DNA of 57,898 bases from Patescibacteria group bacterium (GTDB lineage Bacteria; Patescibacteriota; Minisyncoccia; Phycocordibacterales; JACZSL01). The notes below the pieces were generated by a model, which saw only the letters and a list, made by a program, of their open reading frames with translations, did not search any database and was not told the DNA's origin. Numbering within the stretch: the first letter of the stretch is position 1; every line of letters begins with the position of its first letter. Shown in pieces: positions 1 to 9,145 of the stretch. The position numbers and the translations under genes are program-made. The DNA is taken from assembly GCA_022561335.1 (NCBI GenBank), contig JADFRL010000002.1:1-57898 (forward strand). The letters are read 5' to 3'.

Positions 1-149
1 CTCTACTATGTCCACAAAAATAAGGAGTGGTTCGATTATATTTTTGTAGGATACTGAGCCAATAGGCGAATGTGTCCATAATTTGACATCTCTATATTTA
101 TAGGATATAATCTGCATTGAAAAGTTTTTGGCTCTGTAGGGAGAAGAAC

Positions 150-329
150 ATGATAGGCAAGGTAACGTTCATCATAGGTGCACTGCTGTGGATTGCCATT
201 TCAATCGATTACCTATTGGGCAAGCCCACAGACGTATCTGAATGGCTAGAGTTTGCGAGCGGCCGTGAGGGCTTCGTAACACTCATGGTTGGGGGCATCG
301 GTTATCACTATTTTTTCGAGCGAGAGTGA
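150..329 (+). CDS. small membrane protein (59 aa)
   Basis: ATG at 150 after GGAGAAG; two hydrophobic segments; followed by a terminator hairpin. Confidence 0.55.
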   Translation: MIGKVTFIIGALLWIAISIDYLLGKPTDVSEWLEFASGREGFVTLMVGGIGYHYFFERE

Positions 330-358
330 ACCGAATGCCACACACTTAGAAAGGAGTA

Positions 359-400
359 AAAAGTGCCGTGCAGGGTTCACCCCAGTGCGGCACTTTTATT
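359..400 (+). terminator. intrinsic terminator
   Basis: AAAAGTGCCG (359-368) ... CGGCACTTTT (388-397) inverted repeat with T tail. Confidence 0.6.
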
Positions 401-701
401 TTCTACTGTTCCATTACCACCCTGTGATAAACAACCAGCCTAAACTAAGACTGTTTTTTCATGTTTAAGCCCAGAAATCGTCTCAGATGCTTCTCCCTCG
501 ACAAGCTCGGGACAAGAAAAACCCATTTATGCTCCCGACTTGTTCAAAAGCGTAGTGATTGAATACAAGTCGCAGTCCAGCGAGCGTAGCGAGTCGGGCT
601 CCCTGTTTGTTCACGCTGACGTGAGTTACAAACAGCAGTCCCGATAGCCTTTGGCTGGGAGGGGTAGACGTTTCTAACTTTGCTCCACTATGTCCACAAC
701 G

Positions 702-737
702 AAAGAAAAATCTCGCTTCGTGCGAGGTTTTTCTTTT
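702..737. terminator. hairpin / bidirectional terminator-like
   Basis: AAAGAAAAATCTCGC-TTCGT-GCGAGGTTTTTCTTT. Confidence 0.5.
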
Positions 738-961
738 GTCGTTGCGAGACATCGAAAGGAATCGAAAGCCGGAAGAGCGCATGCTGTGCACGAAGAAGCT
801 CTGAGGCCAGACCAAACACACTTAGCGAGCTAGCGAGCTTAGTGATGACTAGGGCATCTTCAGGTATTCATAAACATGGCTGAATACGGCTGTGTACTGC
901 GCTTTTCCGTATTTCACCAATTCCTCATTACAAATGTATATTTTTGTGCTAGGCTTTTTAT

Positions 962-1129
962 ATGGAAGACAAAATTATTGGGTACTGCATGAAGTGCAAG
1001 GAGAAGCGGGAAATGAAGGATGTCGAAAAGACTGAGATCAAGCCGGGACGTCCTGCTGCAAAGGGGAAGTGCACTACGTGTGATACCAAAATGTACAAGA
1101 TACTCAAGACACTCCCCAAGGACGGCTAA
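962..1129 (+). CDS. DUF5679-like zinc-ribbon protein (55 aa, not in ORF track)
   Basis: Translated by hand: MEDKIIGYCMKCKEKREMKDVEKTEIKPGRPAAKGKCTTCDTKMYKILKTLPKDG; two CxxC pairs in DUF5679 spacing. Confidence 0.8.
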   Translation: MEDKIIGYCMKCKEKREMKDVEKTEIKPGRPAAKGKCTTCDTKMYKILKTLPKDG

Positions 1130-1316
1130 TACACCGCAGAAAAATTTCTTATAGCAAACCTTATTTTTTTGAGGGAGGGTTATTGTGCTTTGAAAAGTTG
1201 CTGTAGGCACGCGACATTACGCGCGGATTGTTTATGGCGAGATGGCGAGTTGTTTTTAGTTCCCTCTGCTTTGAGGTTTGTTCTAAGGAATTTATATTTT
1301 GATATTCTTGTAAAGA

Positions 1317-2654
1317 ATGGAGGAGAGTAAGAAATCAGTGGCAGCGATTATAGTTTCTGTATTGGCTTTCATATTTTTTGGAAGCCTGCTTGCCATTGCA
1401 TGGAACGTTGCACAAGGTTTGTTTGCCGAAGGCGGTCTTGAGATAGTTGCTCTTAAAAATACCAATCTTGAGGAGAGTTTACTTTTTTATCTCTTTCTAG
1501 TAGGAATTGTAGCAGATGTGTTTTTCTCACTCTTTCTTTTTTTACTGTTGACCACCTATAGGCAAGCGGGATTTCTGGCGAGTCGTATGACCAGAGATTT
1601 ACTTGCTTCCCGTGAAATGTTTCTTCAACTCTACAACAACAGCCCTGTCCCGTACCTTTTAATTTCCAAAGATAGTAAAATTAACCTCCCCAACAAAGCC
1701 GCTCTTCGTTTGTTTGGGTTATCTGCGCAGGAACTTGAAGATCAAAATCTTCTGGATTTTTTTCTGGCAGATGATCTAGATCACGTCCAGACACTTCTTT
1801 CGCGTGTAAAAAATGGCGTGCCCTTTCATGAAGAAGAACTTCAAATAGTGCGCTCCGATGGAACGGTCCGTTGGGTTATCTTTTCAATGTTTTCGTTTAA
1901 AAGTGTGCCTGGTAAAAAATATAAAAGCGGACTTGCAACATTTGTGGATATTACCGAGCGTAAGGAAATAGAGAAAGTTAAAACCGAATTTGTGTCACTC
2001 GCGGCACATCAACTTCGCACTCCTCTCTCTGCGATCAAATGGTACACAGAGCTCCTCGCTTCAAAGGATGTGGGAGGGCTGACGCCCGAGCAAGAGAAGT
2101 ATCTTGAGAAAGTGTATGCGGGGAATGAGAGGATGATTGATTTAGTGAACACTTTTCTTAACGTGTCCAGACTTGAACTGGGAACACTCGCCGTTGATAT
2201 CAAACCAACGGATGTCGTTGAGCTTATGGAGAGTGTTTTTGAAGAGCTTGAAGTTCAAATTCAAGAAAAATATTTTAAACTCCATAAGGAGTATGATGAA
2301 AATATTGCTTTGGTGAATACTGATCCAAAACTGCTCCGTATGGTTTTTCAAAATCTGTTATCAAATGCCGTGAAGTATACACCCAAAGGGGGCGAATTGA
2401 GGGTAGAGATCAAAAAAAGAGGCTCTGAATTTCACATTATAGTGGAAGATTCAGGTTTAGGAATTCCTAAGAATCAACAGGATAAGATTTTTACGAAGCT
2501 CTTTCGGGCTGATAATGCACGTGCACTTGAAACAAAAGGCACGGGATTGGGTCTTTATATAGTAAAAATGATAGTAGAGAAATTCGGAGGTTCCATTAGC
2601 TTTACGTCGGAGCCCAACAAAGGGACCACGTTTAAGGCGGTGTTGCCACTTTGA
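1317..2654 (+). CDS. PAS-domain sensor histidine kinase
   Basis: 2 TM, PAS, H-box AHQLRTPL, N-box NLLSNAVKY, G-boxes DSGLG/GTGLGL. Confidence 0.93.
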   Translation: MEESKKSVAAIIVSVLAFIFFGSLLAIAWNVAQGLFAEGGLEIVALKNTNLEESLLFYLFLVGIVADVFFSLFLFLLLTTYRQAGFLASRMTRDLLASREMFLQLYNNSPVPYLLISKDSKINLPNKAALRLFGLSAQELEDQNLLDFFLADDLDHVQTLLSRVKNGVPFHEEELQIVRSDGTVRWVIFSMFSFKSVPGKKYKSGLATFVDITERKEIEKVKTEFVSLAAHQLRTPLSAIKWYTELLASKDVGGLTPEQEKYLEKVYAGNERMIDLVNTFLNVSRLELGTLAVDIKPTDVVELMESVFEELEVQIQEKYFKLHKEYDENIALVNTDPKLLRMVFQNLLSNAVKYTPKGGELRVEIKKRGSEFHIIVEDSGLGIPKNQQDKIFTKLFRADNARALETKGTGLGLYIVKMIVEKFGGSISFTSEPNKGTTFKAVLPL

Positions 2655-2703
2655 ATACTAAAAGGTATGGTAATATAAGTGCTATAAGTGTATTTAAGGG
2701 ACT

Positions 2704-3087
2704 ATGATTGATAAAAAGTTAATACTCATTATTGACGAAGAGCCGGATATAACTGACGCTCTGAGCCAGAAACTTGAACAAGAAGGATTTAGCACCATTG
2801 CCGCTTATAATGGGGAACAAGGGCTGATGATTATACATGGGGAACCGAAACCGGATCTCATCTTGCTTGATTTGGTCATGCCTACTATGGATGGGTTTAA
2901 AATGCTTGAGGAGCTTCGCAAAGACGAGTGGGGAAGGAAAGTTCCAGTGATATTTCTTACAAATTTGGATGATGAGGAAACAGTTTCGAAGGTGATGAAG
3001 GATAAAGGGTATGAATATCTGGTCAAAACTGAGTGGAAGATTGAAGACGTTGTTTCCAAGGTAAAGGAAAAACTTGAGGGAAAATAA
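2704..3087 (+). CDS. single-domain response regulator (receiver)
   Basis: PDLILLDLVMP phosphoacceptor, LTN, YLVK. Confidence 0.9.
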   Translation: MIDKKLILIIDEEPDITDALSQKLEQEGFSTIAAYNGEQGLMIIHGEPKPDLILLDLVMPTMDGFKMLEELRKDEWGRKVPVIFLTNLDDEETVSKVMKDKGYEYLVKTEWKIEDVVSKVKEKLEGK

Positions 3088-3097
3088 AAAAAGTCAT

Positions 3098-3514
3098 ATG
3101 GATACGAAGAAAACAATTCTTGTCATAGAAGATGAAAAAGACCTCGCCGAAGTTCTTAAAGTAAAGTTGGAAGATGCAGGCTTTGCAACTCACGTCGCTT
3201 TTGACGGAGAAAGTGGTCTAGAGGTAGCAGTTGCTGAACATCCAGATTTAATACTCCTTGACATAGTTTTGCCCGGGATGAACGGAGTGGAAATGCTAAA
3301 GCAATTGCGAAAAGATGAGTGGGGCAAAAACGCTTTGGTAATGATCCTTACCAATTCAGACGACGTAGAGACGATGTCGCAAGTTATAGAAGATGGAGCT
3401 TATGAATATTTTGTCAAGACTGAATGGAAGATTGAGGATATTATTTCCAAGATAAAAGATAAACTAAATGCTGATCAAAACAGAGCAGTATGGAAGGTGG
3501 AAAGAAAATTTTGA
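3098..3514 (+). CDS. single-domain response regulator (receiver)
   Basis: IEDE, PDLILLDIVLP, YFVK; ATG 3098 preferred over TTG 3074. Confidence 0.9.
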   Translation: MDTKKTILVIEDEKDLAEVLKVKLEDAGFATHVAFDGESGLEVAVAEHPDLILLDIVLPGMNGVEMLKQLRKDEWGKNALVMILTNSDDVETMSQVIEDGAYEYFVKTEWKIEDIISKIKDKLNADQNRAVWKVERKF

Positions 3515-3870
3515 TTATAGAAGATGAAGAGGATTTGGCAGAAGCCCTTAAAATAAAACTAGAGGGCGCAGGTTTTACTGCAGGAGTTGCTCTTGATGGA
3601 GAAGAGGGTCTCAAGTTTGCCCTAGCTGATCATCCTGATCTCATCCTTCTAGACATAATTCTTCCAGGGATGACTGGGATAGAAGTGTTGGATAGACTGC
3701 GGGAGGATACATGGGGCAAAAACGTTTCGGTTATATTTCTCACTAATATGGATGATGACAAAAGCATTGCTCAAGCCATGGTTCACCAGAGCAGTGGATA
3801 TATTGTTAAGTCAAACACTAAGCTTGAAGAGGTAGTCGAGAAAGTTAAGATGACCCTTGAGGAAGAATAG
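3490..3870 (+). CDS. single-domain response regulator (receiver)
   Basis: IEDE, PDLILLDIILP, YIVK. Confidence 0.9.
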   Translation: MEGGKKILIIEDEEDLAEALKIKLEGAGFTAGVALDGEEGLKFALADHPDLILLDIILPGMTGIEVLDRLREDTWGKNVSVIFLTNMDDDKSIAQAMVHQSSGYIVKSNTKLEEVVEKVKMTLEEE

Positions 3871-3962
3871 GTGTTTCAACATAGCATAATGGCAACCCCC
3901 AAATATACGCCTAAAGCATATGATGGGATAGATGTGTATAGCTTTGAGATAGAACTCTTTCT

Positions 3963-4033
3963 CGGGCTGTAGCATAGTGGTAGTGTGCACGCCTCGGGCG
4001 CGTGTGGCCCGGGTTCGATTCCCGGCAGCCCGA
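3963..4033 (+). tRNA. tRNA-Pro (CGG)
   Basis: Acceptor CGGGCTG/CAGCCCG, anticodon arm CACGC-CTCGGGC-GCGTG, T loop TTCGATT; CCA not encoded. Confidence 0.93.
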
Positions 4034-4143
4034 GAAAGAGTTCTATCGAACGTTTGGAGAACGTCTATGGCTTCGGAGGAAAGTATAGTCCGAATTTCCT
4101 ACCTGCGCACGCGGGGGTTCTCGGCACTCCGATATATTTAAGT

Positions 4144-4221
4144 ATGTCGTGGAAACAGCATGTAATAATTATTGTTTTACTTTCAGTGTTGTGGTTTATT
4201 GTTTTTTTGATTTTTGATTAG
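4144..4221 (+). CDS. possible 25-aa hydrophobic peptide
   Basis: MSWKQHVIIIVLLSVLWFIVFLIFD, single TM; no SD. Confidence 0.3.
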   Translation: MSWKQHVIIIVLLSVLWFIVFLIFD

Positions 4222-4238
4222 TAGTCTGGTCGCTACAT

Positions 4239-4267
4239 AAAAAAAAAGAGTCGACACGCGCCGACTC
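4239..4267 (-). terminator. intrinsic terminator
   Basis: Minus strand GAGTCGGC-GCGT-GTCGACTC-TTTTTTTTT. Confidence 0.65.
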
Positions 4268-4434
4268 ATCGACATCATTGCTAGAATAAAGAGCAGGCGG
4301 ATACTGGCGTGCCCATTCTGATTGTCATCACCACCAATCATACTAGGACAGGAGAACTTGAAATAATTCGAGTGCTCCGAGCGCGCATCATCCTGGGAGA
4401 CCCGTCCCAGGAGGCGCAGCTCACACCAGCATCC
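4239..4434 (-). ncRNA. candidate structured ncRNA
   Basis: Minus-strand TCGACT-N17-TATAAA promoter, 13-bp closing stem (4422-4434 with 4299-4311), three internal hairpins, terminator with 9 U. Confidence 0.45.
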
Positions 4435-4546
4435 AATATAATTTATACTTTATTTATCATTATAAGTCGAGATGTAATTAGTCGAATTATCCCCTATATT
4501 AGAATAGCCTTCTTGAAACGGCGTAAAATGAGACTACAATTTTAAT

Positions 4547-5401
4547 ATGAAGGAAACTGACATTCGGCGTTTCCCTGTGTATGGTGGGGGAGGATCAGTG
4601 GGGATTTTTGATTCGGGTTTTGGAGGACTCAGTATCTTGCGTGGTCTGGTTGATGTACTTCCACAGTACGACTATGTTTATTTTGGGGACACAGCTCGTA
4701 CGCCATATGGCACGCGCTCCAGTGAGGCTATATATGCATTTACCGAGCAGGCAATAGATTTTTTGTTTAATAAGGGATGTCACATTATCATTCTTGCGTG
4801 CAATACAGCATCGAGTGAAGCGTTGCGGAGACTTCAGCAGGAATATTTACCCCGTCATTTCCCCGATAGGAAGATACTCGGTGTCATCATCCCGTCCGCA
4901 GAGGAGGCAGTATCTGTTACGAAGAATAAGAAAATAGGAGTTATTGCGACAGCCGGAACCATAGCTTCCGGGGCGTTTGAGCGAGAACTGCAAAAACTCA
5001 ATCCTGAAATAATGGTTGTAGAAAAAGCTTGTCCACTTCTTGTTCCGCTTGTAGAGGCTGGGGAAGACGATCCTATTGTAACACAGCTTATTTTGTCGAA
5101 TTATCTTGATCCGCTGTTAAGTCAGCACATAGACACTCTCATATTAGGATGTACGCACTACGAGTTTTTAGTAAGAGATATTCAGTATATTGTAGGAGAC
5201 AATCTGAACATTATTACTCAGGGGAGAGTGCTTACCAAAAGTTTTAAAGACTATTTGAAGCGGCACTGTGAATTAGAGGGGAAGTTAGGGAAAAAATCAA
5301 AACTTAGTTTTTTTAGTACAGATCTTTCAGATAAGTTTACAGTACTTGGCAGTAAGTTTTTCGGAAGAACCATTATACCGGAGCATGTTCGGCTGGATTA
5401 A
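4547..5401 (+). CDS. murI: glutamate racemase
   Basis: FDSGFGG, PYG, ACNTAS, LGCTHY. Confidence 0.95.
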   Translation: MKETDIRRFPVYGGGGSVGIFDSGFGGLSILRGLVDVLPQYDYVYFGDTARTPYGTRSSEAIYAFTEQAIDFLFNKGCHIIILACNTASSEALRRLQQEYLPRHFPDRKILGVIIPSAEEAVSVTKNKKIGVIATAGTIASGAFERELQKLNPEIMVVEKACPLLVPLVEAGEDDPIVTQLILSNYLDPLLSQHIDTLILGCTHYEFLVRDIQYIVGDNLNIITQGRVLTKSFKDYLKRHCELEGKLGKKSKLSFFSTDLSDKFTVLGSKFFGRTIIPEHVRLD

Positions 5402-5454
5402 GTGTTTCTTCGAAACTTATTTCACGGTTGCACTTATATTAAAAATAGTACCAT

Positions 5455-5525
5455 GGGCCTATAGTTTAATGGTAGAACGTATCTATGGCATAGATATGGT
5501 CCGGGTCCGATTCCCGGTAGGTCCA
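5455..5525 (+). tRNA. tRNA-Ala (GGC)
   Basis: Acceptor GGGCCTA/TAGGTCC with G3:U70; anticodon arm TATCT-ATGGCAT-AGATA; atypical T loop TCCGATT. Confidence 0.9.
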
Positions 5526-5562
5526 CCTAGCATTTGAGTGACGAATTCGTTACAATATCACC

Positions 5563-5811
5563 ATGGGAGTAGAACTAGGTAAAGTTATACATTGGTATGA
5601 CAAAATTAGCGTTGCGGTGGTTAAGCTCAATGCGCCGCTCAAAAAGGGAGACAGGATTGTTGTGAAGCGCGGTGAGGAGGAGTTCGAAGACACGATCACC
5701 TCTATTCAGATCGACCATAAAGATGTTGAGAGCGCAAAGAAGGGTGACGCTGCAGCCGTCAAACTCTCTCAGAAGGCTAAGGAGGGTTCGCTGGTTTGCG
5801 AAGCGGGATAA
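5563..5811 (+). CDS. translation elongation factor-like beta-barrel protein (U32 C-terminal-like)
   Basis: GKVIHWYDKISVAVVKL..LKKGD..SIQIDHKDVESAKKGD pattern. Confidence 0.7.
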   Translation: MGVELGKVIHWYDKISVAVVKLNAPLKKGDRIVVKRGEEEFEDTITSIQIDHKDVESAKKGDAAAVKLSQKAKEGSLVCEAG

Positions 5812-5993
5812 GGGTTCGTACCAAAGTTTAAATAGGGCAAGCTGGTCTACACTATTCATTTTTTGATTGGTCTGTTGCTTATTTCCATCTTCGCCCGCTA
5901 CGGGGCTTCGATGGTGCGGCTGTATCTTTTCTATATACCATCCGATAAATAAGTATTTACAAACTGGCCTTCGCTTCGTATAGTATTACTATC

Positions 5994-8789
5994 ATGATGC
6001 AAAAACGTCTTGCTTTGTATGGTATCTACGGCCTGATAGCATTGTTTGTTTTTATCGCGCCGCGCTTTTTTCAACTGCTCACTGATTGGTACTGGTTTGG
6101 AGAAATCGGCTTTAGCAATATTTTTACCACCATACTTTTCACGAAAATTCTCTTGGGATTAGGGGTGGGTGCTCTGACCTTTTTTATTATCTACGGCAAT
6201 CTTTGGCTGGCTAGGCGGCTTGTAGCACCAAAGCCGCTGATTGTTCGCCTGCAAAACGGTTTGCAAGAAATAGATTTGGAGAGGTATATTAGTAAATTCT
6301 CCTTGGCCGTCTCGCTGTTTTTTGGATTTTTGACCGGTCTGTTCGGAGCGAGCAAATGGGAGACGGTACTGAAGTATTTTAACGCGGTGCCCTTTAACAC
6401 GGTCGATCCGATTTTTGGCCGTGATATTGGCTTTTACTTTTTTGATTTACCGTTTATTCAGTTTTTGGTCGGGTTTGGGTTTTGGCTCATTATTGTTTCT
6501 TTTATAGGAGCTTTCCTAAGCTACGTTGTACGGGGCGCTATTACTATAAAATCTTTATCCACCCCGTTAGAGGCCCTCTCCTCCTTTGGCAGAGCGGCAG
6601 CCGCCAAGGGCGGCTTGTCTCTAACGGGGTGGATGGAAAAGCCGGCCAAAGTTCACTTGTCAATCCTTGTCGCTTTTTTGTTTGTTTTAACTAGCTTCAA
6701 GATTTATGCCATAAAAATTCCCTCTCTGCTCTATAGCTCTACTGGACCGTTTACAGGTGCCAGCTTTACTGATATTAATGCTGTTTTACCGTTCTTGAAA
6801 ATACTTATTTTTGTTGCCATTATCGCAGCCGTGCTGACTGTGATAAATATTTTTAAAACAAATAACCGACTTCTCATTTTAGCTGTTAGTATTTATGCCG
6901 TAACTTCTATTTTGGGCGGCTCCGTATACCCTTTCTTCCTGCAAAGATTTGTGGTTTTGCCAAATGAGCTGGTTAAAGAAACCCCTTACATAGAGTACAA
7001 TATTGCGGCTACGCGAAAAGCATTTGCCTTGGATCAGGTGCAAGAGCGCGATCTGACAGGTGAGGCCACGCTAACCATATCTGATATCAATAACAACCGC
7101 TCTACCATTAAAAATGTGCGGCTCTGGGACCGCGAACCCTTGCTTGACACATTTGGTCAGCTTCAGGAAATTCGCACATACTATGATTTTATCTCTATTG
7201 ACAACGACCGCTATAACTTGAACGGCGACTACCGCCAGGTTTTGCTTTCTCCCAGAGAGCTTGATTCTGCGAGTCTTCCTCAGCGTACCTTTATCAACGA
7301 GCGTTTGACCTTTACGCATGGTTTCGGGCTTACTCTAAGTCCGGTTAATGAAGTAACGCCAGAGGGTCTGCCGGTGCTATTTTTAAAAGATCTGCCGCCT
7401 TCCTCCAGCATAGACTCGCTTAGAGTGAGCAGGCCGGAAATATACTACGGAGAGTTGGTCAACGATTGGGTTGTGGTCAACACACAAGCCCAAGAGTTCA
7501 ATTATCCATCTGGCGATAAAAATGTCTTTGCAAATTATGAAGGACGGGGGGGTGTTGAAATTAAATCAATTTTCCGCAAAGCGCTGTTTGCCCTGAAATT
7601 TAGGTCATTAAAAATTCTTTTGTCCAATGATATAACAGAAGAGTCAAGAATAATGTATTACCGCAATATTGAGGAGAGAGTCAAGCGGGTGTTGCCTTTT
7701 TTGAGTTTGGATGGTGACCCTTATATAGTTGTTACCAAAGAAGGTGATTTGAAATGGATTTATGACGCCTATACAACCTCAGACCGTTATCCGTATGCTG
7801 AGCGAATGAGAGATATGTTCGATTCCTTATCTAACCGACAGACAAGTTTGCCGGGCAAGAGCCTCAATTATATAAGGAATTCGGTTAAAGTGGTGATTAA
7901 CGCTTATGACGGCAGAATGGTATTTTATATTGCAGATGAAGACGATCCGATTATTAAAACCTACGCCAAGATTTTTGAGGATTCGTTTTTGCCGCTTGAG
8001 CAAATGGATGATGATCTGAAGGCTCATATTAGGTATCCAGAAGATTTATTTGTTTACCAAACGACACTTTACACGGTGTATCACATGGGTGAGGCGCAGA
8101 TTTTCTACAACAGAGAAGATCAGTGGCAGATTCCTGTCATTACAAGCGATGCACGGGCGGACCCCATGATGCGGCATATGATTATGAAACTGCCAGGCGA
8201 AGCCAAGGAAGAGTTTATCCTGATGATCCCGTTTACGCCTCGCGGCAAAGACAATCTCTCGGCATGGATGGTGGCGCGCAATGACGGAGAGTTTTATGGC
8301 CAGTTGGTAGTGTACCGTTTTCCCAAGCAAAAATTGGTCTTTGGACCCAAACAGATTACGAACCGTATCAATCAGGACACAGACATTTCCCAACAGATAT
8401 CTCTCTGGGATCAAAGAGGTTCTGAAGTAATTAGAGGAAGCCTTTTGGTAATTCCGATTGAAGAGTCGCTTATTTACGTTCAACCTATTTATCTGCGGGC
8501 TGAAGGCGGCAGGATTCCTGAACTTAAAAGAGTGATTGTGGCTTATGAAAACCGCATTGCCATGGAAAAAACTCTTGATTTAGCATTAGAGCGAGTGTTT
8601 GGCGGCCAAGTTGCAGTGGACGAAAAAGCGACCACGGCAGTTTTGGGCAAGCAAGCGATTAGCCAAGATTTAATCAAGCAAGCCAGAGATTATTTTGACC
8701 GGGCTATGTCTGCTCAGCGCCGCGGCGACTGGGCTTTGTATGGCGTAGAAATCAGAAAGCTGGGTGAGATATTTGAGAGCGTGAGGTAG
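5994..8789 (+). CDS. UPF0182 family membrane protein
   Basis: DWYWF, DPIFGRDIGFYFF, NVRLWD, DNDRY, FTHGFG, NYIRNSVK, PELKRV. Confidence 0.92.
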   Translation: MMQKRLALYGIYGLIALFVFIAPRFFQLLTDWYWFGEIGFSNIFTTILFTKILLGLGVGALTFFIIYGNLWLARRLVAPKPLIVRLQNGLQEIDLERYISKFSLAVSLFFGFLTGLFGASKWETVLKYFNAVPFNTVDPIFGRDIGFYFFDLPFIQFLVGFGFWLIIVSFIGAFLSYVVRGAITIKSLSTPLEALSSFGRAAAAKGGLSLTGWMEKPAKVHLSILVAFLFVLTSFKIYAIKIPSLLYSSTGPFTGASFTDINAVLPFLKILIFVAIIAAVLTVINIFKTNNRLLILAVSIYAVTSILGGSVYPFFLQRFVVLPNELVKETPYIEYNIAATRKAFALDQVQERDLTGEATLTISDINNNRSTIKNVRLWDREPLLDTFGQLQEIRTYYDFISIDNDRYNLNGDYRQVLLSPRELDSASLPQRTFINERLTFTHGFGLTLSPVNEVTPEGLPVLFLKDLPPSSSIDSLRVSRPEIYYGELVNDWVVVNTQAQEFNYPSGDKNVFANYEGRGGVEIKSIFRKALFALKFRSLKILLSNDITEESRIMYYRNIEERVKRVLPFLSLDGDPYIVVTKEGDLKWIYDAYTTSDRYPYAERMRDMFDSLSNRQTSLPGKSLNYIRNSVKVVINAYDGRMVFYIADEDDPIIKTYAKIFEDSFLPLEQMDDDLKAHIRYPEDLFVYQTTLYTVYHMGEAQIFYNREDQWQIPVITSDARADPMMRHMIMKLPGEAKEEFILMIPFTPRGKDNLSAWMVARNDGEFYGQLVVYRFPKQKLVFGPKQITNRINQDTDISQQISLWDQRGSEVIRGSLLVIPIEESLIYVQPIYLRAEGGRIPELKRVIVAYENRIAMEKTLDLALERVFGGQVAVDEKATTAVLGKQAISQDLIKQARDYFDRAMSAQRRGDWALYGVEIRKLGEIFESVR
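6557..6634. mobile_element. 78-bp inverted-repeat element inserted in frame in the UPF0182 gene
   Basis: Perfect 16-bp IR ATCCACCCCGTTAGAG / CTCTAACGGGGTGGAT; internal hairpin AGCCGCC-AAG-GGCGGCT. Confidence 0.7.
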
Positions 8790-8900
8790 TATGACTATAA
8801 TTTTAAAAAGGTCAGATGATGAATGTTGTCTGCTGAAAAATTTTTCAGAGGTGTGCGTATAGTGTAAATTTATGTTATATAATCAGTATACATTTGAATC

Positions 8901-9083
8901 TTGTTTGCGGGCTTTAGCGGAGGGATTATAAGGAGTGTTGCCGGTTTTATCAAACACCAGTTCAAATTCAAGAATGTGGTGTTTAAACCGCGGTATTTCT
9001 CCGGCACACTGCTCTCGTTCGAATCAGTTGGTCCCTTTACCGCGATTATGGTAAAGGGAGTCGGTATTGGATCCAGCAGTTAA
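8901..9083 (+). pseudogene. probable degenerate small membrane protein gene
   Basis: GFSGGIIRSVAGFIKHQF resembles a small membrane family I recall from CPR genomes; weak start, early stop. Confidence 0.3.
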
Positions 9084-9145
9084 TAGAGAAAGGTATCCCA
9101 TGCTTTTTTCTGGGGCTAGATTTAGTTTCCGCGTATAATGAGTTC

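Noticed and set aside
483-1210. Track ORFs 483-821, 680-883 and 914-1210
   Set aside because: No protein motifs; they span hairpins and repeats or are antisense to the DUF5679-like gene.
3985-4221. 78-aa track ORF
   Set aside because: Its 5' part overlaps tRNA-Pro; only the last 25 codons are plausible.
5346-5537. 63-aa track ORF
   Set aside because: Overlaps murI and tRNA-Ala.
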